Shown here: positions 1 through 13,309 of the stretch, in pieces
Numbering within the stretch: the stretch's first letter is position 1
How the letters are laid out: each line of letters opens with the position of its first letter
Source: Raillietiella orientalis
Taxonomy: Eukaryota
NCBI GenBank assembly: GCA_036172245.1
Contig: JAYWIR010000003.1
Span: 1,550,001 to 1,614,000, forward strand
DNA length: 64,000 nucleotides
Direction: 5' to 3'
Translations under genes and position numbers: made by a program
The notes under the pieces: model-generated
What the model saw: the letters and a program-made list of their open reading frames with translations, nothing else
The model's database searches: none
Told to the model about the DNA's origin: nothing

Positions 1-183
1 CCTCTGCTGCTTGTCCATTCTTCAGTCCTGTCCCGGGCCCTTGCACCTCTGGGACGAATTTGCCTTGTAGCGCTCGCCTTTGCTGACACTTTAAGCATCC
101 CCTTCAGACGTGGTGCGCTGACTTTCAAAGAAAAGCACCGCCACTGTGGCTGCAATGCAGCGGCCACGTGTCCTGGCCTTGCC

Positions 184-429
184 TCACTTCTTCCCGCGCC
201 TCCAAGGGACATGTGCGGTGCCCGAACTTCTTTTAAAAAACGGGGTCGGATTCGGCAGGGATTGCGCCTGAAAGAAAGAAGGCTGCTGCCTACAGCTGAC
301 CTGCATTCGCTGGGGATGTACGTCCCTCCCGATACGGTACAAGATTTTTCCCTCCCCCTCGCAATCCATGCCAATGTTCAGAGTCCTCTGCCCCGAGTAC
401 ACGTCCCCTGGTTCCCATTGGCCCACCAC
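184..429 (-). mobile_element. Possible decayed LINE ORF1 (gag-like) fragment
   Basis: Translation GDVYSGQRTLNI...EGKILYRI...QVSCRQQP resembles the region just before the zinc knuckles in the ORF1 at 56838-57305 (EEGKLPHKL...FWYVGKPRYC). No knuckle preserved. Confidence 0.3.
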
Positions 430-699
430 GAGGAATTCCTTACACAGAGGGAGGCGATAAACCAGGAATCCTATTCGCTCAATGTTCCGAAATCCGTGGC
501 ACCAATCACAAATTCCTACGCATCCAAATCAACTCCGTCAGCCTCCACGAATTCACTGCAACCAATCAAACATGGGAACTTTAGTTTGAAAACAACAACT
601 TGTAGTAATTCTAGAAACCGCCTTAGTAATTATAACGTGGCACGTTGTTTTCCCTTTATAATTACTACGGCAGTTTCTAGAATCGGCCGGTTGAAATTA

Positions 700-1260
700 C
701 GCCCCCAATACGCACACATTGACTTTCCCTTCTCCCCTACTCCCACGCGTTGTTGCTGGTTGTGTATGTTGCAGACTCTTGGAATGACCATCCACTCGGC
801 TTTGCACGCTTCGCGACCCAAAGTTCCCGCCACAACTGCACTTCGACCGCACGCGGGTGACATTCCTCACTGTCCTCTGTCCGGTTCATGCCCTGCCTGG
901 GCATGCAAAAATTGCAGTAGAGCGGTCCTTCACGCTATTTAGAGGGGGCATCGAGTGAAGTTTTTCAATCAGCAATAATCGCGCCTCGGTATAACCTTTT
1001 TGCCTACGGTGCTGCCGCTGCAGAAAGCGCGGGGGCAGTCATTGCCATGAACGAGCAGACTCTTCGCTGTGATCCACTAAATTCTCACAGCAACTTCTTC
1101 CGCAGATGGCCACACTGTCTCATGCGTTCTTCCAGGTCAAGTGCTGCCAATTTTGAAATGAGCTTTTCGGTGTACTCGAAGTATTCCTGACCACCTTCTC
1201 CGAGCATTTGTTGTTTGCGTTTCCCTGAGCAAGCCGTTGGCTTCCGACCTCATAACGGCG
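700..1260 (-). pseudogene. Degenerate phenuivirus-like L (RdRp) fragment, premotif F region
   Basis: Manual translation across a frameshift gives AALDLEERMRQ then ICGRSCCENFSG, resembling recalled phlebovirus YVMGAEERIVQ...TIARSIGKFFAS. Short match. Confidence 0.4.
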
Positions 1261-1669
1261 ACTGCACACGTGCTTCGTATTTTCATTAAAACGAAAGTTT
1301 CACAAGTTTCTAGCAATCACCACACACGAATTTTGGCCATCGCGCACCTCAGGATCCGTTGCTGGAACACTACAGCTGAGCTTTAGAAATCCTCACTTGC
1401 TGCTCCTAGAAAATTGTAAAAAAGAAATAATTTCAGATGAACACAATAAGAAGATTTTCTTTCTGGCATCGATTCTCGAAAACGCAGAGAAAAACAACTT
1501 TATAAAAACTAACCTGAAAGAGGGAGAAGAAAATGAAACATCTGGAAATACGAGATAAAACGTTTAGAGAGCAGAAATGGTGTTCAACATAGAATGCCAC
1601 TCTATCAGAGAAGACCTTCATCCAATGCTCCAACTTGGAATGGACATCGTATGCACAACGAATCGCATG

Positions 1670-1672
<3 letters not shown>

Positions 1673-1730
<58 letters not shown>
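1673..1730. repeat. (TC)14(GA)15 microsatellite forming a perfect 56-bp palindrome
   Basis: Read directly: TC repeat 1673-1700 abutting GA repeat 1701-1730. Confidence 0.97.
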
Positions 1731-1734
<4 letters not shown>

Positions 1735-1799
1735 CAAGGAGCTGAGAAATCAACAGCAAGTATGGTCGATCTGTTCTGGAAATACCCCCAATTCGCGTA

Positions 1800-3200
1800 T
1801 TCCACGACAGATCTTCTTGGATAACACCTGCACAAGCTTTCGGAAACCGAGGACGAAAACTTCGAATGTAAAGCGCTTCCCCAAATCATCGATGACACAA
1901 ATTCAATCATTCTGAAATGCCAAACGCGACGGGTGCCGCTCAAGGCCGAAGTCGAGACGAAGCAGAAGAGTCCTTTGGGATGCATAAGGGAGAAGTACAA
2001 GGAAAAATGGATTCGGAGGACAATCGAGAAACGGAGGGGAAGAATGCTGCCTATGGTGTCCAGCCAGAAGTAACCGATGTTCCATGAGAAAATGGGGAGG
2101 TTTCCTTTTTTTTTTTCTCACGGTCATGCCAATGTGGAGAACATTACCGGTGGGCAAGATCAAACAGCCAGAGTTTGGCTGTACCACTCTGGTCCTATTC
2201 TCCTGAAAACATCGAATACACCCGCTTGTGTCACACATATCCATGTGTGGCTAAAACATGCCACTCCACCACTGAAAGACTGCATTAGCAAATTCACACC
2301 CATCTCCGATGATGACTCGACAATCCACGAGCTGCTGAGAGCATTCGTAGGTTGGAGTCCGCACGCATCCATCGGAAAGAGCGTCTTCCGTGATTGCTGG
2401 GGTCAACAAAAACCCTTCAGTTCCCTCAAGTGGGAGCGGAGAGTCCGCAATGTGTGTTCCCGTGTCTATCCAAAAGCCCTTGCACGCTCCCAAAGTCCTC
2501 TGCTCTTAGCAAAACGCAGCGCTCACCTTCGCTGGGAATTCTTCCCGCCGAGGAACGGCGGTGACGGCGACGTTCCTTCCCCACAGCAAGGAACTGGCTG
2601 GTGTCCCACCTGAATTGTCGCGTGGACCTCCACGGCGCAGGAGCAACACAACTAAACGGTCCAGGAGAACACACCGCGCCAGGATCTGGATGAGTCACTT
2701 TTCGAGCACCTCTTCCCACCGCCCGGTCCGTCGAAGCGGTCTTCTCCTCCGGTGCTACTCCATTAGCCTGGAGCGTCTACCGGGAAGAGAGCCTTTTTGT
2801 GGCGCACGCGAATTCCCCTCGTAGGTGGACTTCCACAAGTTTGCAAGGCTTTTTAGATTTGATCGGGAAAAGAAAGCACTGCTTATCCAATAATAGATCA
2901 GTACTGCACGAACTGCTGGATTTTTTTTTTTATATAAACCTTTTCCCCGCTTACATATGTAAGGAATACTTATGATCCAAGAGAGCAGCATCTTTGCAGT
3001 CTGCTTATTTGCTACTCGAGCAGCAGACACGGAAAAGCTTTGGGACACCTCCCGATAAGATCGGGAATTTCCCCGTGACCCCTTTCTCCAGCGTTTTCTA
3101 AGCGCTGCAGAGACTGTTTTTCGATCGCTAGCCTTCATAAATCTCGTCTCGGTGGTTTTAGAGAAGCTCCGTAGAAGCTGAGCTCCCGTGAGAGTCTGCC
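1800..3200 (-). pseudogene. Degenerate phenuivirus-like L fragment
   Basis: ORF 2160-2372 gives NLLMQSFSGGVACFSHTWICVTQA vs recalled RVFV NLLTQCLEGGASFSLTYLIQCAQ; followed by IGYFWLD (LGFFLMD); preceded by SVQGLL (motif B-like). Stops and frameshifts throughout. Confidence 0.6.
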
Positions 3201-3689
3201 AGAGCACTCAACTTTTAGTTACTTGAAGCGGGGTGCCATTCAAAATTCCCAACTCCCAAATCTCGAAAGATCATGAAAACTAAATGTACACGTTTTCATT
3301 ATATACATTTACATACAGATTAGCGTACTTTGTAAAGATTATAAAAAGTGAACGCATATGCTTACTGTGTATGGTGATATGTATATTAACAAGTAGATTA
3401 ATGTGCAAATTTATTTTAACGCCCCTATTTATCTGTGCTCATTATATACATGTTAATACAATTAATATAATTAATAACATGCATTAACATTTTATCAAAA
3501 TATATTAAAGATGATAAAAATACCTATAATGGATCCACACTAGATGAGTGCAGCAATATCGAATTATGAAAAAAAGTAGTGACAATTAAAAATAGAGGAG
3601 AAAATAAAATACATGTGACGAATACACGTATTTTATAATGCTTAGTATGTATCCAAAAAAAATATATATATATATCTTTTTACGATCTT

Positions 3690-3960
3690 TCGAGGTTTCG
3701 ACATTGGGATTTCGGACCCAAAACGCTGAAATCTATCGTACTTTGTCACTTCGGAGAGGAATAACACCTTTCGATAGATGGCCGACAAGACATTGACGCA
3801 CAACATACCATGTGAGCGTTGGGTCGACAACCGCGAATTCTTTCCCAGAAGAAATAAATGGATGTTCGTCTGGAGACATGCTTTAATGGATCTTCAGAAT
3901 TTTTAGATAACAGTCTTCATCAGCTCAACGGTGGCATCTGCCGCTCTTAGTTTAGTTAGC
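3690..3960 (-). pseudogene. Possible short L fragment
   Basis: KVLFLSEVTKYDRF resembles recalled RMLFPQAQEYDRV; weak. Confidence 0.3.
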
Positions 3961-4111
3961 ATGTGAAGGAATTTCCGCGCAAGAACAAACCTCACCGAAA
4001 ACCCTTAATGTACACAGTATACTTGAACTCGATTGAAAAAAAAAAAAAAAAAGGAATCGTTCCTTCCTCTGCATCAGCGATCAGGGACGCACGCAAGCAC
4101 CACGTTGATAT

Positions 4112-7100
4112 TCACCAATGGGCACCCACTTTCCGTGCCACTCTCTCCAGTATGTCTTTGTGGCTGGCGTATAAACTCAGATCACCATCTACATCAAGCC
4201 ACTGCACTTCCGAAGCATCGTCGCCCGCCTTCAGTTCCAAGGATTCGAAAATCCCGTTGTCGCTGTCATGGAAATGGAAGGCCGCAGTCTCGATCCATGC
4301 GTTGTCCGTGTTTCGGGGATCGTCGACGTATCCGGAATAGATCTTCGGAAAGGGACGGAGACAAGAAGTTAGTGTGAGCGACAGGGCCGCCCACTTTGCT
4401 GGGGGGTCTCGGTTTCTGGTTGCAAACTTTCTGGCATGCAATCTGCGCTTAGGGTGCGCCCTGCGAAGATGCGATCCGCAGCAGCTTGCCGGACGGTTTC
4501 CTCGTCCCTTGCATGCACTTCCGCATAAAGTCCTTCGAATTTACCTGCTTACCAAAACAGTATTTTATACATATATATAAATATATATCACCCCTATTGA
4601 AAGAAAACCCAGCGCACCAAATCTGCTGGGATTCACTGTTAAAACCAAGCTTGCAAGCAACGAAGGTGAGACGGATGGAATGCTTCTACAATCGCTCCAG
4701 CCTCGAAGTTCCACGCCGACCATGGAAACTCGAAAATCATGGAACTTACAAGCTCTTCAGCTTTCGCCCCGAGGAACGGATTAAACGGCATGACCAAAAG
4801 ACTTGGTGGGATGACTGCGAACTCAGCAGTCACGGAACAACGTGATTACTGCTTGCAAGGCTTGAGGCCTTATTTATGGAGCGTGGCAACGAGAATGGCA
4901 ACCCCGCCTGATCTTGCATCCTGCCACTCTGATCATTACGCACCTATGCACCAGCAATAAATACCTCTCAAGTAGCCAAAATGCCAAAGCCAAGCTCAAG
5001 ACACCAAACAAACCGCCCGCGGGAATCCCAGATTCAAGACACAGTGACACCTGCTCTTCAGAATTTCTTTCAGCTTCCCAAATTGACCGGCACATTAGTT
5101 TTACCCAAACGGTAGCTCTTAATTCCAATCAACACAAAAACAATCTACGACGAAGCACGTCGTTCTGCAATGGGAAGCATAAAACAGGGAATCTATTCCT
5201 CAAGATCTGGATTTGCCAGGAAAGACTTTGCACGGAAATTTAGGGAATCCGCAACTAGAAATCTGAACGAAAATTCTCCCTGTTGAGACATAGAATCACG
5301 AAGCTTATCAACCACCTGATGACACCATTGGAAGAAGAGCAAGAAAGCCGGGAAATAATACTCATGTCTGACATCTCCCATAAAGAATATACGTACAACC
5401 AGGGTCGTTGTTTCTCAAGAATTGTCTCTCCTTAGGTGTTAAGTCTTCGCTTCCATGAGCAACACGTGGGCAAGTTAACTTTACGCCTCATTCGACGTGG
5501 CAGGCAGACAGGCATTTTTTTTTTTTTTTCAAGCATAAAGAATTAATAACACGCAAAGTTGCAAGCAACGCTTCTATCATCAAAAAAAACAAAAAAAAAA
5601 AGAAGGTGAAAGACACGCAGCCCGCGATCTTTGAAACCACGACTTACTCTTACAGGCGCTCGTGGTTGTGGACACGGATTCGATCATGCTCAAATCATCT
5701 CACCATTTCTCCCGTGCCGAAAAATTTTTCCAGCGACTGCTGCAACTTGACTTCTTCCTCCTTTTCCATCTTCTTCGCATTGAAGGTTTCCTCCAGAAAT
5801 TCCCTTTTCACAGCAGCGCTGATATGCTCGCCGGGATCTACCATACCCTGAACACGAAAAGACAACACATACTTGACTGCCCTCAACCTTTCATGAACAC
5901 GCCAACGGAAAGAAGCAATGCAAACTACAGGAAAAATTCAACTCTCCACCATAGTCTCCTGCAAATATTACATACGCTGACACTTTTCCCTCACTTCAGC
6001 GATCGAACCCACAAACACTTCCAAATTAGTACGGTAGGGAAAATGTGCACTGAAGTGTTGAACTGCATACGTTCCAATGCAACATGTTCCCACCCGTCGA
6101 ATGTGGGCACACTTGGCACGTGCCCTGAACAGAACACAATTCGACAGTTAGACATTTCATACACGGAAGCAGGACACCGTAACACCACATATGGAAGCTT
6201 ACATGAGTTGACAGTATGGTGATATACCTTCTGATATACCGTGTCGTTCAACGTGATTTAAGGGCTACATAAAATGTCACGTAGCACATTATGCACTTCT
6301 GTTCGGGACCCAAACTACCTTTGCAAAAAGTTAGATCGAAAGAGTTTACCGCTAGGCATGGGTGAGAGAAAGAAGGAATACCGATTATACCCTGCTTATT
6401 TTTCTCGCGAATATCCTTCACCATTTACAATATGAATAACCATCAGTAACGACCTGCATCAACAAATCCCTCTGTTCCTTGTTTTATTTTTATTTATTTA
6501 TTTTTGGTGGTGGTGGGGGCGCTCAGAAAGAGATCTCTTACACCCTCTTGCGTTTTTGCTCGTCTTTGCTCCCGAAATGTCAGTAAAGAACTTTGCAATC
6601 GCGGAAATTGAAAGCCATTAGAAGAAATCACGTGCCTTTCGTTCGGGCACAGCAGATGCCATAAAAAATGAAAATAAAAGCAGGTCGGCACATCTCGCTT
6701 CAGGCATCGGGAGAACACCTAGAAGGGTTCCATCACGTGACCGGAAACGATGGCTTCCGTTCGTACACGGGAGGTGATGTATGTACCTCTGAAACCGTAA
6801 TGGCGACGCAAAAAACTCAGCCATTAGAAGCAATTCGCAATTCCCTAACACGGTATACTGACAAAGCAATGCAAAAGCGAGTTTTTTTCTTGCGCCACCG
6901 GCGGAAAGATCTACAACAGACATGGGCAGCACTTGGGACGAAGCTAATTCCCGGAAAAACGATAAGACTGCCAGCCGGAGAGGATCATCCGAGGAAAAAT
7001 TACTAAGCGCGATGCGGAGAAGATTATCTGAGGGGTCCACACAGCCTGGAGAAGTGATGCTGCGAAGAAGGCAACACACGCCATTAGGTGGGAGGTTACT

Positions 7101-10100
7101 TTCCGCCTGAGTAATGATGCCCAGCCTGCGTGGGTCTCCATCCTTTCACTTCCAAAGCCAATCTGCATACACAGAACTTTCTGTCATTCCTTTCAAACTG
7201 TACAACGGGATCGGGTCGCAGTGATTCGAAATTTGGTGGAGAGGGGCAAAGATGAGCAACATATGAGAGAACACTACTTGGGATTGTGGTGGAAGGTGAT
7301 AATTTCGAAAGCAGAAGACACAAACAAACATAAAGTCAAGCGGATGAGTCAAGCTTTTGGAACGCGAAAAGCAGAAACGGAAAGGTCACATTTCCCAAGA
7401 AAAAAAAAAAAAATCACGGTTGAGCAATTTTCGAAGATACTAAAGAGCAGATGGGCAATGATACAAAAGAGAGAGGGAGAGGGATAAGCACTGGTGAAAA
7501 TCAAATTTCCAAGAAATTGAATCTTGAATATAAGCGCCAAAGAATCGAACTTTTTTTTCTTCTTCCTTTCAAGGAACGAGACACGGGTCATCCATGACTC
7601 ATTTCTTGCGAAAATTCGAGATGAATTTCCAAATGAACCGTGACTCATTCCTCAAAAAAAAAAAAAAGTTCACTAAAAGCATTCAATGATTTTTTCTTTT
7701 TTTTTTTTTTTTTTACAAAAAAAAACAAAATAAAAATGAACCGGAAAATGGGCCGAGAGATTTATTAGGACAGCAGTGTTCAATTTTTCCAAAGCAACGG
7801 TCCACAGGTTGCTCCCTGCTGCTCTGAAATTCCGGTAACCTTCTTACAAAGCAGGAAAACTCCCAAAGAAACACGTTGGGAAGCCTGAAGCTCTATGGAA
7901 CTTGCCCAAAGACTCTGTCGGAAGGATGGAAGCAGCATAAGCACTGCAGGAGCAAAGCAAACAGAACCCAGGCGTGTTCCCCGGGGCGTCCACCAACAAG
8001 CTCTCCCACCACCAACATCGGTTGGAAATTCGACACGTCGGAGGTGAGAAGGAAAACCGATCACGACATTAACACCGTTGCACATAACCTCCCGTTCCGC
8101 GTTGTCCTCCGTCCGTTCGCTTAAGACGCACAGCAGGCGAGCAAACACCATGAATTCACATAAACAGCATCGATGACCGAACTGAAGCGGTTGCTGCATT
8201 CGAAAACAAACCACGCCCTGTGTACGGAATCGCTGCTCAGCCGCCGGTTCAATATCCGCTTCTGCACTGCCAGCACTGGAATCGAAGACTCAATGTGCAG
8301 GGCAAAATGCAAGAACGTTCGAGCCAATTCCATTTCACCTTCGGCTGAAGATTCGTTCGAAATTCATTTCAGCGCCTTTTTCTTCCAAAATACTGTTCGA
8401 ATGCGATTTCTGCATCTGCCAAATGAAAAATCTTTTTTCTTCCTTTCCAGAAGGGCACGTCAATGACAAGTAAACGTTAATCGCCACAGAAAACGAATGA
8501 CCTGTCCGCAAAAAAAAAACTCGCGACTTGCACGCGGTCGATTCAGAGACACCAAGTTGCAGGTCAGACTGTGAGTTGGCATCGGCACTGCATCGCGCTT
8601 GTTAACTTTCAACTGGGATTAAAGGAAGAGGGAAGCCAATGGCGCTTTCGCTTGGAACGCAAGCCCATGCCACACGGAGAAGCAGCAGCTTCGAACGAGC
8701 AATGACCCGGAAGTTACACATCATTACATGCGATGCACATAGTTTCTGATGCATGGGTTCCATGTGTATAATGATGAAGAAATCCTGCACACGGACTGTT
8801 AATTGTACGAGCAGTACGAATCAAGTAGGCAGCATGTAATTTTACCAATGCTTTCCGCCAAGACCTTTTCTACTACAGATGGTGGAGGAATTCCCGCCAC
8901 AAATAGTGCAAGCAGCCATTGCCAAGTACTCTCTTACTCCAGGTATGGCCCACTTGCGGCAATCCCGGCGTAAAATGGCAACAAACTGCAGTATGGGCAT
9001 TTTCGAAAGAGGGTGGTGCACTCTTGATTCGCCTTCTCTTTTCCAGCGGGTGACCACAGAATCCGCAGCAGCGTTGGGCCCCCATCTGCCGAGCCGGCCT
9101 CTGCCTTTCATACCCGTTCGTCCGTGAGGGTTTCTTTGGAAAAAGAAAACAAACGATAAAAAAAACCAAAACGAAAAAACGCTCGTCTTCGAGGAAACTC
9201 GTTAAAATCAGATGGCGCTCGGACACATCCTGCGTCCCAAAATCAGCAGACAGACAACGCCCCGGAAGTCGTTCACTTGGTTCCGAGGGCTCTTTCCGTT
9301 GCAGCAAGATCAGCTCCTTGCCAAAAATCACGCAACTAACCTATCAGGACCAATTTTTCATAGAAGGATGAATAACAAGAAAAAGCGCTGATAGAAGACT
9401 ACAACAGCCAAATACTTTGAAATGGACCCAAGACAGCGGCAATGTCGATCATGAAATACATCAGAGGAATAGTGCATGCGGATCTACAGGAACCTTTGCA
9501 GGGCATATTCAAAATCAGAACGAGAGGGAAATGATGGAGCAAACTAATACTCATGCTGTGTTTCAACAGTAAGGGCCCAAACACAAGTAGACGCCGCAAG
9601 ACACAAGAAAGTCGAAAATCTAAAGGAAAAGGGTACAGCAGTAAATGAAGTTCGAGAGAAGCGCTATAATTTTCACATAATGACGGAATTACACCAAACA
9701 ACTGCCAATAGTTAGTAGATGGTTGCAAACTCCACGAGAGAAAGCAATTGTGTCATGAACCGGGGGGCAAGGAATCATTGAAATCGAGTAACATTCATAC
9801 TTAGAGCATAGAAAACTGGCCTTTACAACATGGGGAGAGGAATGACAAATACAACATATCGGGAGCCACTGAACATCCAACATCACTCTGATTCATCGTG
9901 GAATGCCAACTTAGTTTAGCATGGAAAGACAAGGTGAGAGCACGCACTTTTACAAAACTAAAAAAAAAAATGGATTCTCGCATTCACGAAAGGAAGGAAA
10001 TTTCTGAAATTCCCATGCCCCCCATTCCTGATTTCACACCACAACACATGGTTTGGTGTTCTCGCCATCCCTAACTCGGATGGAGAGAACACGAAATCAC

Positions 10101-12431
10101 GCCGGGCAAACATTCGCTTATTTGAAAATTGTGCTTCCTTTCTTGAGAAAGGAATCAGTTACCTTGGCTTTCCATTGACGATTTCATATGTTCCCTCGTA
10201 GCTCTGACGATTCACAGATCCGTCCAACTGATTGAACTTGGGATGAAAATTCGGAGATCTAAGAGATTGCGATCAGCTGCATCATCAAATACGATATCAC
10301 TGTAAATACACGCTGTGGAAAAGAGAAAACACTCTCAACAACACGAAGAATGCCATTGTGATGCGTCAGTCGTGATGTGCATCCTTATCATTGTTTTTTG
10401 TTTTTTAAATGCAGGATGGATATTTGGGAGCAATCGGGAAGCAGAGATCCCTACTGCACAGATGTCAAGGAGCATCTTGTGCACATCATAACTGATGTGA
10501 AGGAGCATCTCTAGCTCGCATTCCAAATAGCATCCGATGATCCCTTGAAAATAGGTGGAAGAACAGTGTACCACGACGTGGAGGAATCAAACGGAATGCT
10601 CCGCAAACCAGGAATGACTAGCTAGAGCTTACAAAACAAATAAGCAACATAGTTCAAAATAAAATTTTTAACAGAGACGGGCTCCTTTAACCGTTCCTTC
10701 ATCTTGAAAGGACTATTTCAACGAGTTGCTTTTGTGAGTGCTTCCATAATATGGAATAAAGTTGGGCTTAACACAGCGTATGATTGAGACTCGTGCATAA
10801 TTTCCCCAATGTGTCTAGTTAAGCTTAAAAGATGCGAAGAAACGGACCGAACTGCTGAGCAGCAAACCATTCATCTAAATGTAACAAAGACTGTAATGAT
10901 CGAATTCCCCCACGTAGATTTGCAAATAACCGAATCCAAAGATGTTTAAGTGTTCTTAAAAGAGACTTAGAAAATGCCATTTTGAAATTTTCCAACGTGA
11001 GACCCAGCAATCACCAAATCTGGTGCAGGAAAGATGTGAGTAATACGGTATCATAGGCATCCCTGTTGCTGACGGGGAAAAGAAACGCATTTTGATGTTG
11101 AAAGGAAACACGAATAAATGCAATGGATGATCAGGAAGGATCGCTACCTTCTCGAGCCCCAGTGGAGTTCTGTAACTCACCAGAGGTTTTGAAAATGGTT
11201 CAGCTTCGTCAGTAAAACTTACAAAAATCGAATCTTCATAACTGCACGAGACACGAAATAACACACATACAAGTAAGCAAGATTAGAAGTTGAGTTTTCG
11301 GAGCATGGTGCATACAAAATTTAGGCACAGTACACTTTAAGAAGAAGAAAAACGATCCATAAAGTTGAGACTCCATAGACTCAATCTCAAAAGACTGAAT
11401 CTACGTAATGTTCTATTCAGTGGACGAAGCAGCAGCTAAAACCAGTAAAGTATTTAACCTGCATTGATGGCAGTGAAGGAAAACCTGGGAAAGTACATCT
11501 TGCACGTGTGACATATGAACGTTTTGTCTTCCAAGTACATGCGTTCTACAAGTTTGGAAAGCAAACTACTTTAGGAAATTTTTGAAATTCAACATGGGAA
11601 CGCATTGGGAATTAGGATACTTCAGTGACATCTTGAACATACAGCAATTACTAATAATTTATAGCATGAATTATTTTCGGAAGTGCATTTTAAAATGGCG
11701 TGGATTTACAATCATACTCCTAACTAATACACAAAATATATTCCAAAAAAGAGAAAAGCATACAAACATGGAACTCCTATGACCTGTGTAGCTTTTTATT
11801 ATGTATTATTAGATTTACGCTATCATTATTCACTCATAAAAATGGCGGCACTGAAAAGAGCTGAGTCATTTTGCATACGAGTGGGAGCACTGATGCAGCC
11901 ATCCCATTATTTTTTCTACTTGGTATTTAAAAAATGTAGAACGGAACGTTCATTTTCGTTTTACGTACATTTTTCATCTTCAACTCGCGTTTGCCCGTGA
12001 TGGATTCGATTCCTTGTTTTAACTGCGTTTAAGGTGCGTACTTTTAAACCCGCACTTCGCTTGCATTCACGTTAACGGTAAAATAGGGATTACTGCCGCA
12101 AACAAATATACAGCTTACTCCAATGGAGGATCTGCCCACGGCTTATTTTCAATTTCTGCAACGGTGAATTCAGGAGGATCGTACTCCTCAAAAGTACGAT
12201 CCCAGGGTACAAGTTCGTCCACTACAGGGAAGCGCTAAAAGTTCATTATAAGTTTACGAGGGAACTTGAAAAGGATCATAAAAGAAGGATTACTTGTATT
12301 TTTGTTCCTGGATATATAGGGCACCTGGAATGGACGTGCATATGCACAATGGACATGTTCATCAATGTTAGGTTCCCTTCAAGACGAAAGGACTGGTAAT
12401 AACAAGCAAAGAATCGCAGACAACTGAGCAT
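4112..12431 (-). CDS. NUDT9: ADP-ribose pyrophosphatase, NUDT9 family (Nudix hydrolase), 306 aa, 6 exons
   Basis: Exons 12294-12431, 12119-12234, 10163-10258, 8938-9133, 5704-5847, 4112-4342, all GT-AG and phase-consistent (921 nt). Hallmark motifs [62 protein letters not shown] (Nudix box), [26 protein letters not shown]. Confidence 0.96.
4600..5400 (-). pseudogene. Degenerate phenuivirus-like L fragment in NUDT9 intron 5
   Basis: In order: VNLGS*KKF (recalled WGxRKKF), [13 protein letters not shown] at ~4830-4865 (recalled SSLSKGHVVPRVV), [11 protein letters not shown] in ORF 4639-4833 (recalled KAEDLVSEVWF). Spacing implies an internal deletion. Confidence 0.7.
6600..7400 (-). pseudogene. 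Degenerate phenuivirus-like L fragment in NUDT9 intron 4 (motifs B-E)
   Basis: QAGHHYS (motif B-like), [15 protein letters not shown] (motif C SDD), MAEFFAS (motif E-like), VLPMPEA, in the expected order in ORFs 7096-7323 and 6618-7079. Confidence 0.65.
7780..8800 (-). pseudogene. Possible further L fragment(s) in NUDT9 intron 4
   Basis: [25 protein letters not shown] in order at 7780-8333; IPVES*QAR near 8600. Individually weak matches. Confidence 0.35.
9400..9900 (-). pseudogene. Possible L fragment in NUDT9 intron 3
   Basis: LLHHF...[20 protein letters not shown] vs recalled QLLHHY...PALGFFLMDNPAFAGGAGFRFNLW. Confidence 0.4.
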
Positions 12432-13262
12432 CCGACAAATGGATTTTCAATTTCCTGGAAAGCAAAAGCTATGTATGCGTGTGGAAAATATCAACTTTTG
12501 AATCGCGAAAATTGTAGACCGTAAATTTAGACCGCGGTGTTTTTTGCTACTGCTTCAAGAGCGATCCTAATGTAATGAATGCTACACGTTTGAGAAACGC
12601 CTTTTGAAAGTACGAGCAGGTGGTGGTGTTCAAGCATCAAAGGGAGACTTCTCGAAACAAATAAATTGCCAAGATTAACATCTCAATTTCAGTGTTCTTG
12701 ATCATTACGTCATCATAAATCATTAAAAGCATCATAAAAATAGACATCAACTACACCACGCCTGCTCCTGACAACGTGGCACCTCATGGTTTAGTTGCAT
12801 TTCAAAAGGGCGAAAAAATTTTTCAACCGTAATGCAGGCATCAATAAGGCGACAGCGGTGGACAAGCCGAGATCAAAAAGAACCAGCGCAATCTACTCCA
12901 AGATTTAAATGTAGGGTGCAACAAGGTGCAGAACTCTCGATGAATACCCAAAGCCTTTCATGCCAAAGATATAAAGGTTTTTTGTAAAGCTACAGGAAGT
13001 CTCCCAAATGATTTTCAGATGTTTATGCAAACCACCTTTTAGGGCACAAACCAACAAATCTAACTGTTAAGATATTACATAATAAACGGAACATTTCAAT
13101 TTTTTCTTATAAAGATGCCGAAGATTTCTCAAGTGAATTGACAAAAAATAAATATTAAATTAATGGCATACATGGCTTTTAAATATCGGTTGGTGGTTTG
13201 CACGACTAATCTTCCACCAAACAAGATAGCATCAATAAATCATGATTACAAAACATAAATCC

Positions 13263-13268
13263 TTTATT
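13263..13268 (-). terminator. AATAAA polyadenylation signal downstream of the golgin stop
   Basis: TTTATT on + strand about 40 nt beyond the stop codon at 13310-13312. Confidence 0.55.
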
Positions 13269-13309
13269 GATATTTGGCTAGCTATTCTCATGCACAACAC
13301 ATAAAAAAT

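Noticed and set aside
211..942. 243-aa + strand ORF
   Set aside because: No recognisable domain; overlaps decayed - strand elements.
1433..2000. ORFs with SLSL/RERE runs
   Set aside because: Artefacts of the TC/GA microsatellite.
10330..11260. TYFQGII and FGPF as a further L fragment in NUDT9 intron 2
   Set aside because: Isolated short matches without convincing colinear support.
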